Source of the DNA: a virus
Lineage: Duplodnaviria; Caudoviricetes
Virus record (IMG/VR): IMGVR_UViG_3300037721_000035
Coordinates: 1-57,967 of that record
DNA: 57,967 nt
Direction: 5' to 3' (one strand)
Position numbers and translations under genes: made by a program. Of the stretch, positions 37,509 to 46,068 are shown piece by piece. A model generated the notes under the pieces. It searched no databases, had not been told where the DNA came from, and saw only the letters and a program-made list of their open reading frames with translations. Position 1 is the first letter of the stretch, and each line of letters starts with the position of its first letter.

Positions 37509-37754
37509 ATGAGCTACCAACTAGCAACATGCGCAGATACGAAAGTGTCTATAGCCAATCTAGTAAACAGCGTAAGACAGGCGAAAAAATACTGGGTACC
37601 AATTACCGGCGCGGATCTGGTGCATGTACAGGTAACGTATTCACATTTTTTAAAAGCCGTTTTTGCTGCCTCGTACCATTACGGAGCAACGGCGATATGC
37701 ACCTACCATTTTGACGGGGAAGATTTAATTTTAAAAAGAATTGATAAACCGTAA
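37509..37754 (+). CDS. Hypothetical protein
   Basis: Tightly packed ORF. Confidence 0.5.
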   Translation: MSYQLATCADTKVSIANLVNSVRQAKKYWVPITGADLVHVQVTYSHFLKAVFAASYHYGATAICTYHFDGEDLILKRIDKP

Positions 37755-37757
37755 GCT

Positions 37758-37913
37758 ATGTATAAAGTAGTAAGGGAAGATAATTTAGAAGCATTGGAAA
37801 AAGCAGTGGATGATCTTTTTAAACAAAATTATGTTTGCGTAGGTGGGCTTGCCGTATTGCATATTATTGATCAAGTAGTTTATTATTTTCAAGCTATGGA
37901 GAAAATAACATGA
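37758..37913 (+). CDS. DUF1737-like small protein (51 aa)
   Basis: Hand-read ORF MYKVVREDNLEALEKAVDDLF..Y..VGG.....YFQAMEK. Confidence 0.6.
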   Translation: MYKVVREDNLEALEKAVDDLFKQNYVCVGGLAVLHIIDQVVYYFQAMEKIT

Positions 37914-38158
37914 AACGATTTCTATTATTTGCTGGTGAATTATATTACCCTTGTGGCGGCTGGCGGGATTTTATTGATTCCTTTGACACGTTGGCCGAAG
38001 CCGAAGCTAAAGCGGATAAGTTACTAAAGATACCGCCCGGGAATCCTAATGACGATGCAGAAGATTACATTGACTGGTATGAAATAGTAGATACCAGTCA
38101 AATGCAGGTCAAAGTAGAAAGTACTGTAGGACGAAATCACATTTCAAGAAAACAATAA
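37910..38158 (+). CDS. Hypothetical protein
   Basis: FLLFAG..YYP.GGW.DF..SFDT..EA motif seen in many phage proteins. Confidence 0.65.
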   Translation: MKRFLLFAGELYYPCGGWRDFIDSFDTLAEAEAKADKLLKIPPGNPNDDAEDYIDWYEIVDTSQMQVKVESTVGRNHISRKQ

Positions 38159-38159
38159 T

Positions 38160-38513
38160 ATGAAAGCCTTAACTGATAAAGAATTAATGCAACGTTGCTT
38201 AACGTACCTAACGGATCTGAACGCGTCAAATTGGGGCAATGTTGGGCCTGAAGATTATTACCGGTTGGATTTGAGACAACGGGCTGTGAATCTTCAGAAA
38301 CGTTTGTATACCCAGTTGAACCCGGAAAAGATAGAGTACTTAGCGGTGTTCACCTGGGATTGCAAAAGAAGCGTGGTTATAAAAAACAAAACCAAATTTA
38401 AAATAAAGGTGCAGGATCTGTATGCTAACTTTTGGTTGGGCGCTGAATATTATTCAGACACTTTAGAGGAAGCAATTTCAGTAGCACAACAATTGATCGG
38501 GATAAAACCGTAA
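38160..38513 (+). CDS. Hypothetical protein
   Basis: Tightly packed ORF. Confidence 0.55.
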   Translation: MKALTDKELMQRCLTYLTDLNASNWGNVGPEDYYRLDLRQRAVNLQKRLYTQLNPEKIEYLAVFTWDCKRSVVIKNKTKFKIKVQDLYANFWLGAEYYSDTLEEAISVAQQLIGIKP

Positions 38514-38518
38514 CATTT

Positions 38519-38785
38519 ATGAAAATTGAAAAAATATATTTTAACCCTGATGAAGTTCAGGCAGTTGCAATGGGGCTGGCACGTATTATAGAAGATTTGA
38601 ACGCCATGAAACAAGGTGAATACATAAACACCCCGTGGACTCCGGAAGCCCGGAAAGCTCAAACCGAAATGCGTAACGCCGTATTATCCGCAGCCGCAAA
38701 AATAGAAAAGTTCACAGGCGTTAAATGTGAACTACCGCCATACATACCGGGAGATGAAAACGACTTTCTTACAAAGCCCTCATAA
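38519..38785 (+). CDS. Hypothetical protein
   Basis: Tightly packed ORF. Confidence 0.55.
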   Translation: MKIEKIYFNPDEVQAVAMGLARIIEDLNAMKQGEYINTPWTPEARKAQTEMRNAVLSAAAKIEKFTGVKCELPPYIPGDENDFLTKPS

Positions 38786-38833
38786 AATAAGTTACCGAAA
38801 ATTTGGTAACTCCGATTATTCCACATACCTTTG
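38784..38833 (+). promoter_or_regulatory. Operator-promoter repeat (long copy)
   Basis: About 52 bp with one mismatch to the 36532 copy; TTTG-N20-TACCTTTG. Confidence 0.85.
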
Positions 38834-38849
38834 ATCAAACATTGGACCT

Positions 38850-39077
38850 ATGCATCCATCTGATAAACTTACAGATCTAATTAACCAGGGGTACAGCCCT
38901 TTCCTGTATGATCAAATACCCCATGCGCATACTATGGACTACGTAGCTAGTAAAAACCATATACTGTTTTGGTGTGAGAAACAAAAAAGATACCTGGTAT
39001 TTGATCGAACCCGTATTGTAGGGGGCTTAAAAATATATTTGAAAACTGTGGTACTCAATAATTGGATACCGCGTTAA
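38850..39077 (+). CDS. Hypothetical protein
   Basis: First ORF after the promoter. Confidence 0.5.
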   Translation: MHPSDKLTDLINQGYSPFLYDQIPHAHTMDYVASKNHILFWCEKQKRYLVFDRTRIVGGLKIYLKTVVLNNWIPR

Positions 39078-39253
39078 TGAAAAAAGTCAAAACCATATGG
39101 TTGTGGTTTTCGTGGATCATATGTACCGTATACACGTTACTGGTGGTATGCATTGGTATCATATTAGCAACCGATAAAATAATTCTTCCTATAGCCCTTT
39201 GGCATTTGACCCATATCAATAATTTCTTAACCTCTCTAAACTTTTTACAATGA
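39062..39253 (+). CDS. Small membrane protein
   Basis: Hydrophobic ORF. Confidence 0.45.
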   Translation: MDTALMKKVKTIWLWFSWIICTVYTLLVVCIGIILATDKIILPIALWHLTHINNFLTSLNFLQ

Positions 39254-39612
39254 ACTTTTACACAGTGTTGGGGCTTATATTTCTAATTCTAAAATTATGC
39301 GGTGCAATAACGTGGCCCTGGGTGTGGGTAGTATGTCCATTCTGGATACCGTTTGTAATTCATAGCGTCGTGTTTTTATTTGCCATCTTAAGGGTGTACG
39401 TGTTTTCTACAAAACAGCAGCGGGAGCAAATGAGACGTATAAAAGAAAATCGGGAACATTTAAAAAGCTGGAAAGAGCGCATGGAAGAAATTCAAAAAAG
39501 CCGGTCCAACCTGGTAATACTTATATGTCTGTCGCTGTTGATAGGGGGTTGTTCAGTAAGTAAACCCGGCTTACGTTGTCCTGAAATTACTAAAGGTTCG
39601 TTTAAGAAATAG
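39250..39612 (+). CDS. Membrane protein
   Basis: IFLILKL.G.I.W.W.WV..P.WIP motif common in phage membrane proteins. Confidence 0.65.
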   Translation: MNFYTVLGLIFLILKLCGAITWPWVWVVCPFWIPFVIHSVVFLFAILRVYVFSTKQQREQMRRIKENREHLKSWKERMEEIQKSRSNLVILICLSLLIGGCSVSKPGLRCPEITKGSFKK

Positions 39613-39615
39613 AAT

Positions 39616-39894
39616 ATGTCTGAAACAATAACTACCGGCGATAATTTAGAATGGCGTGTATGCACTCCTGCGTTATTACAAGAGATACTTAATAACCCTG
39701 GTTGTCAAATACTGTTACGTCCGCTACAAATATTCGGGCATATTCTTGCTGAAGTAGGGGAGAGGGCATCTGAAATCAATGATCCTAAATTAAATGCGCT
39801 TATGTGCCGTTTGGCGATATACGATATCAGCGACCCGTACAACAAAGCGTACGATAAAGAATTGACCAATGAGATAATTTCTAAATTTTATTAA
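39616..39894 (+). CDS. Hypothetical protein
   Basis: Tightly packed ORF. Confidence 0.6.
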   Translation: MSETITTGDNLEWRVCTPALLQEILNNPGCQILLRPLQIFGHILAEVGERASEINDPKLNALMCRLAIYDISDPYNKAYDKELTNEIISKFY

Positions 39895-39898
39895 ACAC

Positions 39899-40159
39899 AT
39901 GCCACCCACAAGCGCTAATAGCTTTGTAAGCAGCTTCAAAAATTACCGCGTATATTATTCCGATATAAACGCATGGAGCATAGAAACCCGCCTCACAAAG
40001 CGCCACATTGGTATTATAAAGTATATTGGAGAAGGTGAGTGGTTGTTCATGCCTCTTGCTACTGAATTTAACCATTTACAGTTATTGGAGATTGCACATG
40101 CAGTTAAGACAGTAGAGAAGTGGAATCTACCAGGTACCGCGTCACTGTATAAAAAGTAA
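39899..40159 (+). CDS. Hypothetical protein
   Basis: Tightly packed ORF. Confidence 0.5.
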   Translation: MPPTSANSFVSSFKNYRVYYSDINAWSIETRLTKRHIGIIKYIGEGEWLFMPLATEFNHLQLLEIAHAVKTVEKWNLPGTASLYKK

Positions 40160-40163
40160 TTGT

Positions 40164-40424
40164 ATGAGAAGGAAAGTAGGAGCGTATATTAAAATAAATA
40201 AACAATCCGTAGAAGTGGAACCGGAGCATATAGATTGGCTGAAAAATAAAATACGGGCATCTCTAAAAAAAGCAACTCCTAAAGGATACGTACCAACAAC
40301 CCCTGTAAAATTTAAAAGCGGACAAGCTCATGATGATTTCATGTATAACTTAATAACGGTATTAGGTGAGCAATTTATTATCAAAGCGCCACGGATAGTG
40401 AGTAATAAATATCATAAAAAGTAA
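40164..40424 (+). CDS. Hypothetical basic protein
   Basis: Tightly packed ORF. Confidence 0.5.
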   Translation: MRRKVGAYIKINKQSVEVEPEHIDWLKNKIRASLKKATPKGYVPTTPVKFKSGQAHDDFMYNLITVLGEQFIIKAPRIVSNKYHKK

Positions 40425-40427
40425 ATC

Positions 40428-40829
40428 ATGGTAAATGCAAAAGAATTAATGATAGGCAATCTTGTATCGGTGATTGATGGGGGTGAAAGCCGGATACTTG
40501 TTATAGAAACAATTGATTTTCACAAGGCATACGTAGCAAGAGGCAGGAAAATACACTACATGTATAAAGAGATGGACCCAATACCCCTTACTCCTGAATG
40601 GTTGGATCGTTTAGGTTTAGTTGAAAAAGATTTAGGTATCATGAAATTACCAGGCACACTATCGGTAATAGGTAGAGGCGATATCACAATCCAGATAGTT
40701 AAGGAAGCCCAATGTTTGTTTTATTTACCGTTTGGTCTTGATACCGAAATCAGGTATGTGCATCAACTTCAAAATTTTTACTTTGCTTGTACGGGTAAAG
40801 AGTTAAAAATAAAAAGGAATAGAAAATGA
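40428..40829 (+). CDS. Hypothetical protein, ELMIGN...PIPLT...VHQLQN family
   Basis: Motifs shared with 25269. Confidence 0.65.
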   Translation: MVNAKELMIGNLVSVIDGGESRILVIETIDFHKAYVARGRKIHYMYKEMDPIPLTPEWLDRLGLVEKDLGIMKLPGTLSVIGRGDITIQIVKEAQCLFYLPFGLDTEIRYVHQLQNFYFACTGKELKIKRNRK

Positions 40830-41317
40830 AATACATATCACAACCGTTTAAGAAAACAGTAAAGCCGGAACAATACGAAAATGCAAAAAAGCATTGGACC
40901 AAATTAATTGCAGGTGAAATATCGGGAGCGTTTCATATGCTACGATATACAAAGGCAGGCGCCGGACAGGAGTACGGGAAATTGGGAGAATTGAATCCGA
41001 TGGTATGTGGTACTTCAGCGTGTAGCGCCGGGTACATACCTGAAACTTTACAAATACCACACGGTGAACTAAAGGCATACATCACCGATGGTTTTTTCAG
41101 ATTAGATTTTCGTAAGATAGTCCGTGATTATTTAGGGATTGCGTATGGGGACGCTTACCGTTGGTGTTTTGACGCACACTGGGGGTATGTGGATGACAGC
41201 GCTAAAGGAGCCGGTATACGAATGCGTATTTTATACGAAAACGGTTTACCTGAAAATTGGACCGATCAACAGGCGGGGGCCGAACCGTTAATGTATTTGC
41301 AAGAGTTACCAAAATAA
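40826..41317 (+). CDS. Hypothetical protein (CGTSAC.AG motif)
   Basis: Coupled ORF; its stop codon lies inside the next repeat. Confidence 0.6.
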   Translation: MKYISQPFKKTVKPEQYENAKKHWTKLIAGEISGAFHMLRYTKAGAGQEYGKLGELNPMVCGTSACSAGYIPETLQIPHGELKAYITDGFFRLDFRKIVRDYLGIAYGDAYRWCFDAHWGYVDDSAKGAGIRMRILYENGLPENWTDQQAGAEPLMYLQELPK

Positions 41318-41360
41318 GTTACCGAAAATTTGGTAACTACGATTATTCGGTATACATTTG
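41311..41360 (+). promoter_or_regulatory. Operator-promoter repeat (long copy)
   Basis: GTTACCGAAAATTTGGTAAC over TTTG-N20-TACATTTG. Confidence 0.85.
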
Positions 41361-41391
41361 AATATCGAATAACAATTAAAAACTTTGCAAA

Positions 41392-41637
41392 ATGAATACG
41401 CCTAAAAAATTAACAGACCTAAAAGTTCAAGACTGGGTTATCGATGTGAAAGGTTCGATCAGCGTTGAGGTGGAAGCAGATAGAGTGTTTTCCGAACTTT
41501 GGCCCGATGACACCAGGGATACGAAAGTAAACTTTCTTTTCCAGGAAGACGATACTGACGGAAACACTTATAAAGTATACGAGGCTTACAAGGATAGTGG
41601 TAGCGACGATTATATTTATTTGAAAGTAAGAGCGTAA
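41392..41637 (+). CDS. Small acidic hypothetical protein
   Basis: First ORF after the promoter; leader identical to that of 36617. Confidence 0.6.
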   Translation: MNTPKKLTDLKVQDWVIDVKGSISVEVEADRVFSELWPDDTRDTKVNFLFQEDDTDGNTYKVYEAYKDSGSDDYIYLKVRA

Positions 41638-41728
41638 CCCGCTGTTTCCTGCAAAGTTCAACGGGCGCGGGAACTGCGTTAGTGCCTCCCTTCCGGGATA
41701 TTAAATAATTCCTTTTTAAAATCGTTTT

Positions 41729-42019
41729 ATGGAAATTACAGTTATACAATCTAGTATACGATGTGAATGGACCGGCAGGCATGGCGGCGATGTAACAGTA
41801 TTCGGTGCAGGTTCAATTAAAGAAGCCCGCGAACACGCTTTAAAATTTTTCCGGGAAGATGAAGAAGGCGGGTGTGATGATGAAGGTATCACCTTAGACG
41901 ATGGGTGTTTTATCACCTGGAAATATGAAGAAGAACAGCCGTCCGATTGGCAAGATTATTATGTGTTTTCGTCCTGTGACGCCCATCCTGTAGATCAGCG
42001 CGAATGGTGGGAAAAATAA
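41729..42019 (+). CDS. Small acidic hypothetical protein
   Basis: Asp/Glu-rich ORF; its stop codon lies inside the next repeat. Confidence 0.55.
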   Translation: MEITVIQSSIRCEWTGRHGGDVTVFGAGSIKEAREHALKFFREDEEGGCDDEGITLDDGCFITWKYEEEQPSDWQDYYVFSSCDAHPVDQREWWEK

Positions 42020-42062
42020 GTTACCGAAAATTTGGTAACTCGGATTATCCGGTGTACATTTG
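42013..42062 (+). promoter_or_regulatory. Operator-promoter repeat (long copy)
   Basis: About 58 bp with four mismatches to the 41311 copy. Confidence 0.85.
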
Positions 42063-42166
42063 AATATCGAAATAAGTTAGAATATGATTTTGCTGCAAAC
42101 GTGAATCACTAATCGTACTTTTGAATTTCTAAACTAAACCAAACCATAATTTTAAAAATCACAAGA

Positions 42167-42742
42167 ATGAAACATTTTATTATCGCTCTCTTTTGTCTTC
42201 TCACAGTAGCCACGTATGCGCAGAACGGCGGGCAGGCCGATGAAAACGGCGCCCTGAAGATTCAGTACGTAGGTATCGTTAATGGCAACTACACGATCAA
42301 GGTAACCAGTAAGCAGGATTGTAATGCCGGTTATAAGTTTTCTTTAAACGGTGTCTTTTCAACGGCGCAGATCAATGCTTACGGGGTATACCTGTTCAAC
42401 CTGGGTACACAACCTCCCGGTGCTTTTACCTTCAAAGCAAAAGCAACTACTGATTGCGGATGCGGAGATCTAGGATGGGTTGAAATACAGCTTAACATTT
42501 TACCCTTAAACTTTAAAAGTATTAAGTTTGTACGTAACAGCACCAACACTAACAAGGGCATGCTTGTATTTGAGACAGCAGACGTGGTAAACGTTAACCG
42601 GTTTATTATTCGGGCTACCCTGTACAACAAAACAAAGATTGAAATTGGTGTGGTTTTGCCTGATGCACTACAACCCAACACCGTGTACCATTATCCAATT
42701 GAAGATATTAAAGCGTTGGCCATAAGATTACGCAATCAGTAA
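42167..42742 (+). CDS. Exported beta-sandwich protein with an LPV/LPL Ig-like module
   Basis: Signal peptide TYA|Q; ILPLNF....L.FET....V..F.I......IG.V......Y.Y pattern. Confidence 0.55.
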   Translation: MKHFIIALFCLLTVATYAQNGGQADENGALKIQYVGIVNGNYTIKVTSKQDCNAGYKFSLNGVFSTAQINAYGVYLFNLGTQPPGAFTFKAKATTDCGCGDLGWVEIQLNILPLNFKSIKFVRNSTNTNKGMLVFETADVVNVNRFIIRATLYNKTKIEIGVVLPDALQPNTVYHYPIEDIKALAIRLRNQ

Positions 42743-42808
42743 TCAACCCCTTGTAGAAATTCCCAACCAACGTATTAAAAAATTACTTAACTTTCAAATT
42801 AGCTTACA

Positions 42809-42994
42809 ATGAAACGTAAATATATCATAGCCATCTTATTTGCAGTAATCGGTTTTACAGCGTGTAGTAAAAAAGTAGATGCACCAGCTGAAGCACTGCC
42901 TGAACAAATTTACTTTGATGTTCTGGCAGTAGATAACGGTGAAGCAACTACAACACAAAGCCCATTGGTTACCGTAAAAACGAACCCGTATTAA
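42809..42994 (+). CDS. Small lipoprotein
   Basis: MKRK, hydrophobic core, FTA-C-SKK lipobox. Confidence 0.7.
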   Translation: MKRKYIIAILFAVIGFTACSKKVDAPAEALPEQIYFDVLAVDNGEATTTQSPLVTVKTNPY

Positions 42995-43060
42995 TCCTGA
43001 AATACTCTAACACAAATACCGGTGCCATCTTTGGGCCGGTATTATGTTAAAATAGAATTT

Positions 43061-43747
43061 ATGAAGGTACTAGTAGCTTGTGAGGAAAGTCAGACAGTGA
43101 CAAAAGCGTTTAGAGAGAGAGGACATGAGGCGTATAGTTGTGATATCTTACCGTGTAGCGGGGGGCATCCCGAATGGCATATCCAAAAAGATGTTACACC
43201 GATATTGTATGGATCGAAACTTAAAATAACGAACGCCTCTTATGATGACGGTTTTGATTTGATAATATCATTCCCACCTTGCACAGATCTTACCATAAGC
43301 GGTGCGCGGTGGTTTGATAAAAAACGATTATCAGGAGAACAGGAATCTTCTTTAGAATTTTTTTTCCATGTTTGGTACTATAGCCATTGCACTGAAAACC
43401 CTATTGGTATAATGAACGGCGGCGAATATATAAAAAAATGGTTTCCTAAGATATACCGTAAATTGAATGATAACTGTTTCCCATTCAAACCAACCCAAAT
43501 AATTCAACCGTGGCAGTTTGGCCATATGGGAAATAAAGCTACTTGTTTATGGTTAAATAAATTACCGGAATTAATACCGACGAACATCGTTGGTCCGATG
43601 CAGGGAGGAAATATAAGAGCCGAAAGACTAAGGCTTAAAAGGGAATGGAACAAAGTACATTACGCGGCTCCCGGGCCTGACCGCGCTAAAATAAGATCTA
43701 AAACATATACAGGTATTGCAGAAGCTATGGCAGATCAGTGGGGTTAA
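43061..43747 (+). CDS. DNA cytosine-C5 methyltransferase-like protein (phage type)
   Basis: VLVACEES, FPPCTDL (catalytic PC), ENP, QPWQFGH..K.TCLWL, RSKTY.GIA.AMA.QWG. Confidence 0.75.
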   Translation: MKVLVACEESQTVTKAFRERGHEAYSCDILPCSGGHPEWHIQKDVTPILYGSKLKITNASYDDGFDLIISFPPCTDLTISGARWFDKKRLSGEQESSLEFFFHVWYYSHCTENPIGIMNGGEYIKKWFPKIYRKLNDNCFPFKPTQIIQPWQFGHMGNKATCLWLNKLPELIPTNIVGPMQGGNIRAERLRLKREWNKVHYAAPGPDRAKIRSKTYTGIAEAMADQWG

Positions 43748-43755
43748 AATTATAT

Positions 43756-43785
43756 TTTGCAGATACCTTTTAATCGGTATCTTAG
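43756..43785 (+). promoter_or_regulatory. Promoter with operator variant
   Basis: TTTG-N18-TATCTTAG overlapped by the palindrome AGATACC-N8-GGTATCT. Confidence 0.55.
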
Positions 43786-43791
43786 TAAATA

Positions 43792-43888
43792 AGTTATCCA
43801 ATTACTTCAGCGGTGGGGCATTTGGATAGTCATAAACAACAAATGGAACCCGTTCTGTAAACACCGCTTACAGGCGGGTTTTAGTTTT
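43792..43888 (+). ncRNA. Candidate two-hairpin kissing-loop RNA / attenuator
   Basis: Hairpin loops AGCGGTG and CACCGCT are complementary; the second hairpin has a T-rich tail. Confidence 0.45.
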
Positions 43889-43893
43889 ATAGT

Positions 43894-44280
43894 ATGGCAA
43901 AGAAGAAAAAACAAAGTAAGTGGCGGGAATACGTTAGCAGTGGTCAACGTGATAAGGATAAAGAAGAGTTTGCTAAACGACAGTGGCGGGACTTCCATAG
44001 ACATATGCACGAAAAACACGTTAACGGTGAATGGGGTCAATCGAAAGCCTGGTTTGATGAGACAAACTCAGGAGAACAAATAGAGGTAATGATATGGATT
44101 GCCGATATACCGGGTGAAAAAATACCACACGGTTTATTAGCACCTGTTGGGTGGGATAACTACAGTTCCGGAGAAATAACGGGAAGTCATATACGAATAC
44201 ATAAAGACAACCAAATTAATACAAACGTATTTGAGACACTTAATTTTGAAATGGTTAAAGACATTGACATATGGGAGTAG
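43894..44280 (+). CDS. Hypothetical protein
   Basis: ORF after the RNA element. Confidence 0.55.
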   Translation: MAKKKKQSKWREYVSSGQRDKDKEEFAKRQWRDFHRHMHEKHVNGEWGQSKAWFDETNSGEQIEVMIWIADIPGEKIPHGLLAPVGWDNYSSGEITGSHIRIHKDNQINTNVFETLNFEMVKDIDIWE

Positions 44281-44426
44281 ATAGAACCGAACCTAAAACA
44301 AAACAGGAGATTGAACAAGAGCGAAATAGCATAGATGAAGAATACGAAAAATATGTCGATCAACACGGTACTAGTGAAGACGCGGACAATTGGCGCGACG
44401 CAGCGCATCAATCGATTGAAAACTAA
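44271..44426 (+). CDS. 51-aa acidic peptide
   Basis: Hand-read ORF MGVDRTEPKTKQEIEQ... Confidence 0.45.
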   Translation: MGVDRTEPKTKQEIEQERNSIDEEYEKYVDQHGTSEDADNWRDAAHQSIEN

Positions 44427-44441
44427 TTTTTATTAATTGTC

Positions 44442-45134
44442 ATGATTACAGATATCGTAATACCGTACCGGTTTAGTCAGGTTACCCGTGATCAGGAATT
44501 GCGGTATGCCTTAAGAGGTGTTGAAAAACATTTGTCGAATGTCGGTGACGTGTACTTAATTGGAGATAAACCGAAATACGTAACCAACTGTGGACACATT
44601 CCTTATAAGGAATACAACTGGTACACCCAGTTAACAAGAAACATATACGCCAAACTTGTTGCCGCATGTTTGCACGCGCACGTATCAGATCCGTTTTTAT
44701 ATATGAACGATGACCATTTCCTACTAGCAGATTTTGAAGCCGATAACATACCTTACTATCACAAAGGAAACGACTGGACTGGTAAAGGTAAGTACCTGGT
44801 TACGCTTGAGCGTACCCGAAAGATTTTCCCAGCTACGAATAATTTCGATACACACGCCCCCATGTTAATACATAAGAAAATGTTTTTGGAAGCCATGCGT
44901 ATGTTAAACTGGAAATTGGATTTCGGGTATGCAATTAAAACGGCGTATTGTGCCTCTTACGGTATTCGCGGACAGTATGCCCCGGATTACAAATTGGACC
45001 GTGCCCCGACATACCAGGATCTATTTGACATAGATCAACGTATGTTCTTTTCCGTTGGAGATAAGGCTATGACCTTACAAATGATATTTTTCCTGGAATC
45101 CAAATACCCGAATAAAAGTAAATACGAAATTTAA
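44442..45134 (+). CDS. Stealth-family sugar(-phosphate) transferase
   Basis: DIVIPY (CR1-like), ELRYALRG..K...DVYLIG..P and FLYMNDDHFL (CR2), HAPM (CR3). Confidence 0.75.
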   Translation: MITDIVIPYRFSQVTRDQELRYALRGVEKHLSNVGDVYLIGDKPKYVTNCGHIPYKEYNWYTQLTRNIYAKLVAACLHAHVSDPFLYMNDDHFLLADFEADNIPYYHKGNDWTGKGKYLVTLERTRKIFPATNNFDTHAPMLIHKKMFLEAMRMLNWKLDFGYAIKTAYCASYGIRGQYAPDYKLDRAPTYQDLFDIDQRMFFSVGDKAMTLQMIFFLESKYPNKSKYEI

Positions 45135-45140
45135 AACACC

Positions 45141-45527
45141 ATGCACCCCGTAGATTTTAAAGAAAGCAACGCTACGTTAGTAAAACCCGAAAACATGACC
45201 GCTGAAGAATGCGGAGATTTACGGGGGCGCTTAATTCCTACTTTCCGGGGTTCGCAATACACAACTTGTTGGGAAGCGAATTATGAAGATATTGAATTGT
45301 TAAATAATGGTCAGGCCTTGATCATTGAATTCCATTCCGATGAATACATTTACACAGCTATAAATACACAGTTGATACAATATCCCGCTTTGCAAGCCCA
45401 TAAAAGCGCAGTGGTTTGGTTACCTGGTGCGGATGATATGTTCAATATTAAGTCGGGTAAACCTATTTATATAACATTTCTTAGTGTAGGTTTTCCCGTT
45501 ATTTCAGTATACGTAAAAGAAAAATAA
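45141..45527 (+). CDS. Hypothetical protein with internal duplication
   Basis: MHPVDFKESN..L.KP.NMT..EC..L; two W.[AP]..[ED]D.....G....I.F units. Confidence 0.6.
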   Translation: MHPVDFKESNATLVKPENMTAEECGDLRGRLIPTFRGSQYTTCWEANYEDIELLNNGQALIIEFHSDEYIYTAINTQLIQYPALQAHKSAVVWLPGADDMFNIKSGKPIYITFLSVGFPVISVYVKEK

Positions 45528-45529
45528 TT

Positions 45530-45760
45530 ATGCAAGATCAAGAAATACAGGAACCCGAACAGACAGTGCAATCAGTAGAGAAGGAAACGGGAGTAATCTT
45601 GCCTGTCTCTTTAATTCGGTGGCTGTGTTACACAACAATATTCGGGTTGATGCTATTACCTTTCTACATACAGGATGGAATTAGTTTCGGCAAATATTTC
45701 GGCGTGTGTTTAGTGTTAGGTCATTTCGCGGGGCAGCTTAATAAAATAATAGACAAATGA
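45530..45760 (+). CDS. Small 2-TM membrane protein
   Basis: Two hydrophobic segments. Confidence 0.5.
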   Translation: MQDQEIQEPEQTVQSVEKETGVILPVSLIRWLCYTTIFGLMLLPFYIQDGISFGKYFGVCLVLGHFAGQLNKIIDK

Positions 45761-46068
45761 GTAGATATAACATGTGCACAGATCAACCGGCGCAAATAGA
45801 TTGCAGGAATACAAGGTGTAAATTCCATACGGATAAGGGATGTAGTAACGTTTCGCCGGCGCTTACTATATCGCCGCAACCCGGCGGAGGATTAGACGTC
45901 CGGTGTTGGAGCTTTGAAGAAAAACCTAAATGCTTAACAGAACGAATATTAGAAATATTACGTGATCATACTGAAACCCGGTGCGGAATAACACATATTG
46001 GTACGTATTCGTTTAGAGAAATAACAGAACAAATAACCAAACTAATAAAAGATGAAAACCCTGGATGA
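45757..46068 (+). CDS. Cys-rich hypothetical protein
   Basis: C...C.F....C pattern; coupled ORF. Confidence 0.5.
   Translation: MSRYNMCTDQPAQIDCRNTRCKFHTDKGCSNVSPALTISPQPGGGLDVRCWSFEEKPKCLTERILEILRDHTETRCGITHIGTYSFREITEQITKLIKDENPG

Noticed and set aside
36532-42070. Repeats as a CRISPR array or integron attC sites
   Set aside because: Spacing is irregular (0.3-2.5 kb) with whole genes between copies. There are no cas or integron-integrase genes and no RYYYAAC/GTTRRRY arrangement. Each copy contains a promoter consensus.
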